Assembly: GCA_010093705.1 (NCBI GenBank)
Contig: MU006094.1
Coordinates: forward strand, 905,550-969,549
DNA from: Patellaria atrata CBS 101060
Taxonomy: Eukaryota
DNA length: 64,000 nucleotides
Direction of reading: 5' to 3'
Both the position numbers and the translations under genes were made by a program. This document shows, in pieces, positions 26,398 to 37,804 of the stretch. Every line of letters starts with the position of its first letter. Position 1 is the first letter of the stretch. Under the pieces are notes generated by a model. The model worked only from the letters and a program-made list of their open reading frames with translations. It was not told where the DNA came from and did no database searches.

Positions 26398-29300
26398 TTA
26401 ATACAATGTCCCCATCAACGGGAGATCCCTACTCGACCACCCAACCCAAAACCTAAACGTCCCACTCGGTAATACCCAATTCCCTCTCCTCGTATCCCAA
26501 TAACTTAAATCCTTCCTGCTCACGTCAAAGCTGACTTTGCTCCTTTCTCCGTTCCCATTGATCTCAATCTTCGTGAAATTCCTCAACACTCTTACCGGGA
26601 AGTCGACCGACTCCTGTGTGTCGGGATCCTTGTAGCCTTCTGGAAACCCGACATAGAGCTGTACAACTGCGGCACCTTTGGGCACTCCGCCCACGTTTGT
26701 CAATGTTACAGAGACCATGGCGTGCGTGTCGTAGAGGGAGGGATTACCGCCGGGTCCACCGCCAGCTGGGGAGAGCGGTGCGGGTTCGTTATAGCCGATA
26801 GGGTAGGGGTATTTGCCCTTTCTGATGTCCTCGGTACTATCGATGTAGGGGTAGATATATTTGTTCAGTCTCCTGAATCCCTCGGGCCAAACAGCTGTCT
26901 CAGGGTTTGGGATGCCGTTGTCGTATTTGGGAGGTGCAATAGGGTGTGTGGGACGCGGCTCCGGCAGCATGCTGTTGCCTTTCTTCTGCTGGACCATGAG
27001 ACTACTGAGATGGAACTGGGTATAGCTAAGTCCATGGCCAAACTCGTATCGTGGGGTGATATTATGTTTGTCGAAATAGCGATAGTCGATATAAAGGCCT
27101 TCAGTAAAATTTTGCTGGGGGACGATGCCGTTGGGGTAGCGTAGTATTCCGCTATCAGGACCATAGTCTTTGGCATCTTTACCAATAGTGTATGGAAGGT
27201 GCCCACTCGGGTTGACATCGCCGAAAAGAATATCGACAAGGGCGTTGCCGGATTCTTGACCAGGAAGATTGGCGAGGATGACGGCTTTGATGTTAGGGAG
27301 ATCAATCCATTTCTCCATAATAACGGGACCGATTGAGTGGATGACGACAATAACATCGCCTTCACCGTTTCCACATTGCGCTGCGACTTTGAGAACAAGA
27401 TCATCGCCATTCTTTTGTGCATAGAGGTCATTTCGATCACCACGGACGCCATTCCATTGAACATAACCTTCACCTCCATCGGAGTCTATGAAGACAAAAC
27501 AGAGATCCTGATCTTCCAAGATCTGTGCGCTTGCGTCCGGAATTTTGTTTTGTGGGAGGTCCGTGACATACACTGTTTCATTATCGAATGCACTTTTCAG
27601 CGCTTCCAAAGGAGTGATCAGGTAAGGAAACTCTACAGCTCCCGAACCCCATCCCGAAGCCAAGGTCCCTTCATTACAAGCACGGTCCTTGCAAGCATTA
27701 GGTCCATTTACATTTCCTCGAGCGTCTTCACCAAAGATGCCGACTCGAAAGGGGGTATTCTTCACTTGCCGTACGGTCTCATTCCATCCAGTACGGTTTA
27801 GTGGAAGTATGTCTCCTTCATTCTTAAGAAGGATATGACCTTCGACCGCGATCTTCCTCGCTATGTTGCCATGAGCCTCGTCGCCTTCACCTTGGACATT
27901 GATGAATTGATTGACTACGCCCGTGGCTTTATCGTCACTGCTGGGATGTAGAAGCCCAATCCGCTCATCAGTCCACGAGGAAAAGTTCGGTCCTCCGTCA
28001 CCATCCGGAGCAGGTAGAGGCCATCTATCCTTATCATCTTGACCAACATGATACCACGCAGCGACAACCCGGGTGACCATGTCGTTTAATCGTTCCACGG
28101 GGACGGATGTATTAAGAACCGCTTTCGTAAGTTGCTGACCCCAAAGAGATTTTCCATCTTGCCATTTCAGTCCGTCTCCCGGCATGCTCATATCAAGTCC
28201 AGCAAGTGCACTCGATACACCACTCCTTTGAGCAAGCCAATCACTCTGCACAAAGCCTTGAAATCCCAGTTCATCTTTCAATATACCGTTCAACAACTTG
28301 CTATTACCGCAGGCATACGAGTTGTTCACCTGGTTGTAGGAACACATCACACTAGCTACGCCCGCGCGCACACTCTCTGCAAAAGGCCATGTATAGAGCT
28401 CGTGTAGTGTCCTGTCGTCGATATTTGAAGATATCGCATTTGGAAGACCCCACTCGTAGCTTTGCCTGAAATGTTCCTGTTCGTTCCCAATGAAATGCTT
28501 CGCCGTTGCGATAATTCCTTCGTCCTGAATGCCCCTGATTGTTTGTGCAGCTGCAACGCCTTGTAGTACCGGATCTGTTCCAAAACCCTCCCAATTCCTC
28601 CCGCCAGCAGGTAGTCGTCCTAAAGGTCCCATGGCCGGACCGAGCAATACGTTCACTCCTTTCCCCTTTGCCTCCGCAGCATGAGCTCTTCCTCTTGCAT
28701 ACATTAATTCCCTATTCCAGGTTGATCCAACCGTAATTCCCGCGGGGAATGCTGTTATATTATCTGCGAATCGAATGCCCAGCGGCCCATCCTGTAAACA
28801 CAATGCTGGAAAGCCCAGTCTTGCTACTTGACCCGTATTTCCAACACACATATCCATGGCCCAACCTGTCCCAGTTGTGATATTGACCTTTTCTACCAAC
28901 GTCATCTGCCTTACGAGCTCTGCAGCTTTCCGATAACTCTCTGCCCATTGGCCGTCTGTACCACCTTTGGGGGATGGATACCAAGGAGGTGATTGTCCAT
29001 CCTCAGGAGCAGATTTGTACGCCCATATGCCACCAGCGCTCAATAACAAGATCAAAGACGCAGTAAATAGAAGCGTCAACCAACAACACATCCGACTGGG
29101 GATGAGCCATCTTCTTAGTCTATTATACGGCCGCTGTACGTTCTTTTGAGAGGAATTTGACGGTAATCTCAAACGTTCACCCTTAGATCGCGTTTTCCTT
29201 CTCTTTAGCGTTCCTTCATCATAGTTCAGTGGATCAAATTCGTCTAGATCTTCAAATTCGGAGTCCGAGGAATGGCGATATGCTGCATCAAGCGAGCTAC

Positions 29301-29412
29301 GTAGGGGTGAATCTGAGGGCCGATCTATCTTGGAGTATTTCCCGCGAAGCTCATACGACTCGTCTTTGGGATGGTGGAGACCCATATTTGTTCTTCCCAT
29401 GTTGTGATACAA
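26398..29412 (-). CDS. GH3 beta-glucosidase with an N-terminal membrane anchor (BglE-like)
   Basis: LQDGPLGIR, GRNWEGFG.DP, KHFIGNEQE, MCSYNQVN, GFVQSDW (nucleophile), FnIII-like C-terminus; hydrophobic segment near residues 110-130. Confidence 0.93.
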   Translation of the reverse strand: MYHNMGRTNMGLHHPKDESYELRGKYSKIDRPSDSPLRSSLDAAYRHSSDSEFEDLDEFDPLNYDEGTLKRRKTRSKGERLRLPSNSSQKNVQRPYNRLRRWLIPSRMCCWLTLLFTASLILLLSAGGIWAYKSAPEDGQSPPWYPSPKGGTDGQWAESYRKAAELVRQMTLVEKVNITTGTGWAMDMCVGNTGQVARLGFPALCLQDGPLGIRFADNITAFPAGITVGSTWNRELMYARGRAHAAEAKGKGVNVLLGPAMGPLGRLPAGGRNWEGFGTDPVLQGVAAAQTIRGIQDEGIIATAKHFIGNEQEHFRQSYEWGLPNAISSNIDDRTLHELYTWPFAESVRAGVASVMCSYNQVNNSYACGNSKLLNGILKDELGFQGFVQSDWLAQRSGVSSALAGLDMSMPGDGLKWQDGKSLWGQQLTKAVLNTSVPVERLNDMVTRVVAAWYHVGQDDKDRWPLPAPDGDGGPNFSSWTDERIGLLHPSSDDKATGVVNQFINVQGEGDEAHGNIARKIAVEGHILLKNEGDILPLNRTGWNETVRQVKNTPFRVGIFGEDARGNVNGPNACKDRACNEGTLASGWGSGAVEFPYLITPLEALKSAFDNETVYVTDLPQNKIPDASAQILEDQDLCFVFIDSDGGEGYVQWNGVRGDRNDLYAQKNGDDLVLKVAAQCGNGEGDVIVVIHSIGPVIMEKWIDLPNIKAVILANLPGQESGNALVDILFGDVNPSGHLPYTIGKDAKDYGPDSGILRYPNGIVPQQNFTEGLYIDYRYFDKHNITPRYEFGHGLSYTQFHLSSLMVQQKKGNSMLPEPRPTHPIAPPKYDNGIPNPETAVWPEGFRRLNKYIYPYIDSTEDIRKGKYPYPIGYNEPAPLSPAGGGPGGNPSLYDTHAMVSVTLTNVGGVPKGAAVVQLYVGFPEGYKDPDTQESVDFPVRVLRNFTKIEINGNGERSKVSFDVSRKDLSYWDTRRGNWVLPSGTFRFWVGWSSRDLPLMGTLY

Positions 29413-30010
29413 CTAGTCTATTGTTCTGTTCGATTGCCCGTTGTAGGTCTGACCTCACCGTACGAAATGGTCTCACCGTACAATATGACTTACAACTGGA
29501 GAATTCCTCAAACCATGGGGAATAATCGAAGTCTATCTTTACCATGGACTTTATAGCAGATCTTAAATAGGTCCTTCTACCGTAATTGTACAGCAACCGA
29601 GAGATAGAGTTATTAAGTTTTCATGTTTGCTCTTGCACGAGGGCGGATTTCGAGGGGATGCGGTCGTGTATGAGAGAGAGACAACGAAAGCTGACAATTA
29701 AGAGCTCGTTATCTTTAGGTGAACATATGTTCGATGGAGACGTTGAGGTTAGTCAAGAGTATATCGTCCTCAATTTTTGTCTATGTGCAATTAAGACTTG
29801 TCTATTTTAGGTTTAGCTCGAGGTACGATATCTACTGTAAGGTAACCCCTGAGTTAGGATTAATTGGTCAGAGCTCGAACCTCACTACTTTCATATGGCA
29901 ACGAATCAACAACTCCATTACTCAACCAAGACCTATTTACAGAGTTCTATTTTACGAAGATAGATCATTTTCCAATTTCTCTACACATTTCCGACTATGT
30001 TAATCTAGTT

Positions 30011-31707
30011 CTATGCGCCTTCGACTTGCTTCAAAATTCCAGCTAGATTGATACTCTTTGGCCTCTCAATCGGCAAACCTAACGCACGATCCCATATAAG
30101 TTGAGCGAGCGGTCCAAGACCACGGCTTACACCGAAAGTAGCGGTATAGTAAAGAGTCTCCCTGAAGCCATAATGATGGAAGAGCACACCGGATGAGGAG
30201 TCTACGTTGGGGAATGGGTTCTTCGTCTATTTCATCAAGTTAGTTACGAACACGGAGTGAATGGATCCATCTCTCTCACCTTTCCATGTTCAGTCAGTAC
30301 ACCAGGTGCGATCTCCGAATTCTTCTTGACAAGCTGGAATACCGGGTCCTTTGCGATCTCAGGTCGTGCTGAAGCGAAATCCATCAAAGCCTCGAACCTT
30401 GGGTCTGGTTTCCTAAGAACGGCATGTCCATACCCTGGAATAACGCGGCCAGATCTAAGCGTACCCCATAAATAGTCTTTGACATCTTGCTCAGAATAAT
30501 TGGTTCCAACATGTTCCTGCATCTGCAGGATCCAGCGGAGAACTTCTTGAGCAGCCAGGCCATGTAATGGACCGGCGAGGCCTTGCAATCCAGCACTGTA
30601 ACTGAGGAAAGCATCGCTGAGCGCGCTTCCAACAAGATGAGTAGTATGTGCAGAGACATTACCGCCCTCATGGTCTCCATGGAGGGCAAGGTAAAGGCGG
30701 AGAAGATCTTGGAAACCCTCGTTTTCTTTGCCGCCTTTGCCTAGCATTGCAGCAAAGTTGTAGGACCAATCCTGCTCGAGATCTACTTCGGCTGGTAGAG
30801 CTCCTCCACCGCGGTATGCATTCTGGTAAATCTTAGCGGCAATAGTGGGTAATTTAGCAAGCAGTGATATGCAATCGTCAAAAGTAGGTTCCCAGTAATC
30901 CGCCTTGTTCATGCCTTTCTCATATGCTTTGGCGAACTTCGACTCGTAGTTAAGGGCACAGACAGCACAAGCAAACTGAGTCATAGGATGAAGGTCCTTA
31001 GGGAAATCATCAAGCATCTTCTCCACGAACTTAGGAATGGATGCTTTCTCCGCAAGTTCACGCGAAAGGACGCGCACTTGGGAAGTGGTGGGAACTTCAC
31101 CGGTCAGGAGCAACCAGAACATTGCCTCGGGAAGCATCTCAGTTCCAGAGGTCCCCTTAGGGAGCTCCTTTTGACAGTCCTTGATCGTTCGGCCATGGAA
31201 ACGGATCCCTTCGTTTGCATCTAGCACAGAACCTTCCCAAACCATGGCCTTAAGACCTCTACATGATAATTAACATCAATGACTGGGTACACCGGAGCTA
31301 AACAGCCAGCATACCTCATCCCGCCAAGTGTATTTTCCACCTTGACATCTCCGAGCCTCTTGTCAGAATGAGCCTTGACTTTCTTCAGCAGTTCACGCTT
31401 AGCCGGAATGGCCTTCTTCAGAGTCTCTTTAAGATCCGGTTCCGAAGACGCAGAGTAGTTTCGGATTGGTTCGAATATTTGAACTGAGGAAGTTCGTTAA
31501 ATTGGTACTATACAGCTATGTAATGGATGGTGGGGTCTAGTATAGACGTACCGGAGCTCGCAGGCCTCGATGTTGAGGGCTAATTAAAGGACTAGTCAGT
31601 TTGATTGACCTTTATAAAATATTCTAGAGGAAGGAAATAGTTAATTATAATTGACTCACCCTAACAGCTCTGAGAGCTCTTGAAGCCGTTCTAGCATTCA
31701 GAGCCAT
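30011..31707 (-). CDS. mcsA: 2-methylcitrate synthase, mitochondrial (citrate synthase family); multi-exon, including a 28-nt exon at about 31580-31553
   Basis: [49 protein letters not shown]; Arg-rich presequence [16 protein letters not shown]; divergent from a methylisocitrate lyase gene. Confidence 0.88.
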
Positions 31708-32345
31708 GGTGTTGCGGAGTCCGGTTAACTGCGGTATAGCTCCCGCGGTGATAGCAAATTAATATGAACTGCTCTTGGACGGATCCTTTGGAAGTCTCAA
31801 GGACTGTAGTCCGATTAGAGCAATTGACCTGGAGAATAATTTTGAATCTCAAGTTAAGAGAGAATCCTAAGTTTACATCCCCGAGCGGGTCAGAAGCTTC
31901 GGCTTAAGCTCTCTCACCGGCTTTCTAGGCCCATGCGGTCATCCCTCGGTTCATTCGGACGAGAGGCACAAGCGAGGGCGAGAAGCCTGACCTTTTCCTG
32001 CAAACAACGTTCATAAGATCTAGCAGTAGAGTTTTGCTCTGAAAGTAATAGATACATCGCAATATATGATGCTAACCCTTCGGTTGATTCATCTTTTCAC
32101 TATGGTGTGCTTGTGAGAATCTCTCCCTTCTTGAACCAATTCCTTAACATCGTGACGGAAAACCACCTTCGGTATTGTCCTATTCCCTCGTTGTCCGCCC
32201 TCAACCACTGCACTACGGCCAGTGAACCGCTAAAACCAGTAATCTTCCGTTCGTATCATCGCATCTCCCTCGAAGTTGACAAGAACTCATACGATCTCTG
32301 GAGAGGCCGTAGTCATCATTATCCCATTGAGCACCGCGAGAGACC

Positions 32346-34458
32346 ATGTTCAGAACAGCGACTCGTACGCTGTTAGGGCAAAGCCGGTTGCTGAAAACTA
32401 ACAAAGCAGTTACGTTCTTTCTACGTCCCATGACATTGTCCACGATACGAATGTCCCCATCTCCACTACCGGTCGTCGACCCCCCAGTATCCTCCGTCCT
32501 TCCGGGCGACTCATATCAACTTCTCCCTGAATTTTCCAAAGCCGGTGATGCTGAGGATGCTTTATTCGATGCGCAAGTGCAGCAGGTGAAGGATTGGTGG
32601 GCATCTCCACGGTACAAGGGGATCAGAAGATCATATTCTGCTGAAGATGTTGTAAGCAAGAGAGGGACATTGCAACAATCGTACCCTAGCTCTCTGATGG
32701 CGAGAAAGTTGTTCAATTTGTTTGAAGAAAGGGCACAGCAGGGTCTACCAGTACATACTAGTGCGTCGAACCAATATGCAATATATCTCTCTCATGATCG
32801 AATATAATTGCTTCCCTCAAACCATGTGGATAGGACATTCTGACCTTGAACAGTGGGGGCTATTGACCCCATTCAGATGACACAGCAAGCACCCAACCAG
32901 GAAGTCCTATATATTTCGGGGTGGGCTTGCTCGTCTGTGCTTTCCACAACGAATGAGGTCTCTGCGGACTTTGGCGATTATCCTTACAATACAGTTCCGA
33001 ATCAAGTACAGAGACTGTTCAAGGCGCAACAACTACATGATCGTAAAAACTGGGATAACCGCAGAAAGCTGACCCCTGAACAGCGCCAGAAGACACCTTA
33101 TATCGACTATTTGCGCCCCATCATTGCTGATGGAGATACTGGGTAAGCTTCTTTAAAACAATCAAACGACGCCTCACTTACATAATCGTAGTCACGGAGG
33201 CCTTTCCGCAGTTATTAAATTGGCGAAGCTCTTCGCAGAGAATGGCGCTGCAGCAGTACACTTCGAGGACCAACTGCACGGTGGAAAGAAGTGCGGTCAT
33301 TTAGCTGGAAAGGTGCTCGTTCCCGTCGGAGACCATATCAATCGACTGGTTGCGGCTCGGTTTCAGTGGGATATGATGGGATGTGAAAACCTAGTGATAG
33401 CTCGCACTGATTCTGAGAGTGGGAAACTCATTAGTAGTGCTATTGATGTCCGTGATCATGAGTTTATTAAAGGCGTCACAGAAGATGTAGCTCCATTGGC
33501 AGAAACCCTACAGGTTATGGAGCAGAACGGGGCTGCTGGCGCCGAAATCGACAAGTTCGAGGCCGAGTGGGTTAAGAAGCATAAGCTTGTCACCTTCGAT
33601 GAAGGTAAGTAATCTCTTTCCTTTATTCGGCTATCTAGACATGTGCTAATTCCGGTCAGCTGTAATTTTACACCTGCAGGACGAGGGAGCATCACAAAGC
33701 AAAATTGATGAGTATCTTCAGGAGACGAAGGCGGCTCCTAATACCCCTTTGACACAACGTCGTAAGATGGCCGCGAAATACGCCAAATCTCCTCTATTCT
33801 TCGATTGGGACATTCCACGTACGAGGGAAGGTCACTACCACTATAAAGCAGGAATAGAAGCAGCAACTAAGCGTGCTATCGAATTCGCTCCATACGCGGA
33901 CCTTCTGTGGCTCGAAACTGCAGACCCGAGTGTTGAGAAAGCAGCGGGTTTCGCTGGGTACATCAGAAAAGCGCATCCGGGAAAGAAACTTGTATATAAC
34001 TTAAGTCCAAGCTTTAATTGGATGGGTCATGGGTTTTCAGAAGAGAGTTTAAAGAGTTTCGTTTGGGATCTAGCGAAACATGGGTACGTACGCAAGTCTG
34101 AGTGATCTGAGATGCGATATTGACCTGTTTCAGCTTCGTTCTCCAACTTATCTCCCTAGCCGGTCTACATTCTACTGCAACCATCTCGAATGAGCTCTCG
34201 AGAGCATTCAAGGATCACGGTATGCTCGCTTACGTAAACTTGGTACAGAAGCGGGAGAAGGAAACGGGTTGCGACGTACTTACTCACCAGAAATGGAGCG
34301 GAGCGAGCTATATCGACGGTATTTTGGGACACATTCAGAGCGGTAGCAGTAGTAGTAAGAGTATGGGTGAAGGGAATACGGAGACAAGTAAGGAATCATT
34401 CTGTACCCTTCTTCATCCTTTGGATCTACGCTAACTAATCATGTGTATAGCTTTCTGA
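32346..34458 (+). CDS. mclA: 2-methylisocitrate lyase, mitochondrial (isocitrate lyase family); about 5 introns
   Basis: [54 protein letters not shown]-terminal presequence; context next to the methylcitrate synthase. Confidence 0.88.
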
Positions 34459-34994
34459 TCGCTATATGGTATCGAATTGGCCTTTCAAGCTCTGCACTGG
34501 TGCAAAATTTATAGATGGAAACGTGATGGCCCCGGAGTATACAAGGACCTCTATAATTGGTACGGGGAAGTCGCAGCAGCATTCAGTACAATCTCGACCT
34601 TCATGTATGATAGGGTTGAGGATAACTTGAGAGAGGTGGCGTACATAGTATTAAGTCAATATCAACAGGCTGGCTATTCAATACGATCAGGAATTCCCTG
34701 TACTCTCTTCTCTACGGTAAAGGTAGGGACGATGTTATCTACAAGAGTCGAGTAATGCCCAAGCCTGACAGGGAAAGGGACGACCTTTTTATTTACCTTA
34801 GCTGGTAAAGTACCGTACCTTAGGTTATAGTACGTTGTTCTTACCTAGCTTGTTACAAAAAAGCGCTTCGTAACGGTGTTTACCCCTCCCCCGCCATCAC
34901 CCCTGGCGCGGCATTGAACTACAGTAAGCAACGACGTCACAGCTCAATCAAGACTATACAACAAACCTCATAAATACTCTAGACCCTCCTCCCA

Positions 34995-35542
34995 ATGCCC
35001 GACCTTCCAGATCATACCAAGACCAACAAGAAAAAGATAAACTATAAAGAGTTAGTTAACGAATACTATCGAAAGAAGCAACCGTATCTAAGGGCACGAC
35101 AAAAAATCCTTGATAGAGATATGCCTGTCCATCGCAAAGAAGAGGAGACTGGTGGCGGTAAGTGAAAGTTCCTTTTATTCCTGAACCCTTTCCCCAGAGA
35201 AGTGTCGACTACTTGTAGAATGCTTCAACTAAACTCCTTCTTACAGACATCACCGATCAGGTGGCGAAAGAGTCGTCTGTGAGCACGGCCTCCGATCATC
35301 CTGTCCACCAAGAAGACACTGGAGCTTCAAGTGGTGGTTTGAAAGCGACAGCAGAGCACCACAAAGCTCATCCGGTATGTGACCCATATTATAATTCTCG
35401 CATCTCCAACCAAATCTATCTTTGCAATATGGGCACTTTCTGACGAGAATGGGTTTCATAGGGTCCTGCAATTCCAGACGAAATGCCTAAGGCAGCATCA
35501 AGAGAGGAGCTTCAGAAACGCTCGGAGGAATTGAATAAGTAA
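34995..35542 (+). CDS. Small hydrophilic hypothetical protein (123 aa); introns 35158-35246 and 35375-35461
   Basis: Canonical GTAAGT/GTATGT donors and AG acceptors give an open frame ending HHKAHP|GPAIPDEMPKAASREELQKRSEELNK*. Confidence 0.7.
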
Positions 35543-36141
35543 CTTTACACTTCAATGCATCTGGGAGTTGGACTGATGGGATCGAGGTCGAGCAAAATAT
35601 GATCAACGACTTGAGGTCTGTGTGAGTATTATGACATGGCTGGCATAGGTCCACGAACATAGGGTTACCAAATAATATTGATAGAAACCACCCTTTCTCT
35701 TGCCGTGGTGTGTGCTGCCAGTTTGGTGTCAACTCGTGTGCTATCTTGCTAACTTAAACAAGTGCAGAAGGATGATAATGTCAATAGAACCCACAATCTC
35801 TTAAAACTAACTGTGATGCATATGATCATCATGATCATTGCATGCGTCGTTTGAGATTAGATATAGATTGATTAGATATAAAATTACGCACTGACCACCC
35901 GATCATCAGGTCAACGTCTCAGCATCATCTTCAAGCAACTTCAGTGTTTTGCACCCCAATTAATCATACGCAGGAGAATCTTGAGTCCTGCGCGATTTCT
36001 AACATATGAAGCCAACCATACCGTGCCTTGATACAGGCTTATTCTTCTCTCCAAATGTACTTAATCCAAGCTTAGAGGGAAGCGGTTTCGTAGAGCGATT
36101 TATACTTGACCTGCATTGTGTACTTCTAGGGGTCCTCAGGA

Positions 36142-37054
36142 ATGTCAACCCCTTGGACTTTCGTTTCACCCGCATCCCGTGGCATCGGCCTTGCGATTGC
36201 CCGAAAGGTCCTTAGGACGACGAACGCACCATTGGTCGCGACTGCGCGGCGTGATCTAGATAAGACGAAAAATGAGATATTGCGAGGGCTGGAAGGTGAA
36301 GCGTGGGATAAGGCGGAGAAGAGAGTTAGAGTAGAGAATGTAGATGTGCTCGGTAAATAGTGTATCGCACCCGCATTCCAAATTGTCTCACTCATCTCAT
36401 GTATTGACAGATGAAGAGATTATTTCAAAGACCTGTTCAGACCTCTCCCAAATCTTCCCCAAAGTATCGCACCACCTGCATCTCTCCTTTATCCTCCCCG
36501 GCGTCTTATTTCCTGAAAGATCTCCCAAGCAGATTCACCAGGATGACGTTCTCATGACCCTTCGGACGAACGTCCTAGGGCCCTTACTCCTCCTTAAACA
36601 TCTCTCTCCACTCCTACCAACGAAATCTACCTCTATTTCCGCTACACCTCAGTCTACAGAGCTATATGCCGGTCTCGCTAGCCCGGCTACACTCGCACTG
36701 ATGTCCGCTCGCGTTGGCTCCATCTCCGACAACCGTCTCGGCGGGTGGTACTCATACCGAGCATCCAAAGCGGCGCTCAACCAGGTCATCAAGACCTTTG
36801 ACAACCATTTACGCGGAATGGCTGGGGACAAGGCCATGGCGATGGGTTTGCATCCTGGTACGGTGCGAACGGGACTAAGTCAAGAATTCTGGGGAAATGT
36901 GAAAGAGGAGAAGCTGTTCGAACCGGAATGGGTCGCAGAGAGATTGGTGGGGCTCGTCTGTGGTGGCTTAGGGGGGTTAGGTTTGGATAAGGGTATAGGA
37001 TTAGATGGGAGAGGGAGAGTATGGGACTGGAAAGGGGAGGAAGTACCTCCATGA
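36142..37054 (+). CDS. Short-chain dehydrogenase/reductase, CsgA/C-factor-like; intron about 36353-36410
   Basis: PASRGIGLAIA, MSARVGSISDN, YSYRASKAALN (YxxxK), LHPGTV.T. Confidence 0.9.
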
Positions 37055-37804
37055 AGACTTTCGTTAGAAGCCAGATTATGGTGAACTAATGGTGTGTGAA
37101 CGTGTGTCGGAAGGATTGGAAATATGACTAGCGGCCTTTAGGTGAGCGTCCTCTTCCGTCAAAAGATTGACCTAGACTGTTTTTTGGTCTATGGCATGCA
37201 GATGTGAGTTTGGATACTGACTTCTCGTGGGTCTAGGTCTTCCACATTTTTATTGGATTATTCATTGGACATTTGACTTACGATTTGACTATAGATTGCT
37301 TCACTAGTATTATCCAGCTACGATCCACACCGTTGGACCACACTTTGGGAATTATGGATCTTGATACATAGTTAGTATTTTATAGCGAGACAATATGCAA
37401 CCTATCAGGTTATTTACTCCCATACAGTCCTGGTTCAGTCACACCGCGGTTATGCAATTCTAATCCGATAATTGTAGTTAAAATCTCAATAACGAAGTTT
37501 CAACAGCATCATTAGACTGTGGTAACCGTTTAGTCTATCTACATAGTCAAAATGCTAATCTCAAAAACAACAAAAAAACGTCTTCATCCTCATACCTTTC
37601 TCTTATCATCAGATTTCACTTCAGTTCGGAATAATCCATCACGCTACACTGTTCTCTGATAATAACTAACTCGACTACAAAGCTACTTTCACTCGCCCTT
37701 ATACAACTCTCATACAACACCTAACACACTTTCTAGTACAGTACCTTTCCATCTTCACTTACCTTATGTACCTTACTGACATACCCTTAGAATCCAATCA
37801 AATT

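Noticed and set aside
26398..37054. Possible larger metabolic cluster (GH3, mcsA, mclA, SDR)
   Set aside because: Only mcsA and mclA share a known pathway; no backbone enzyme or other functional link is evident
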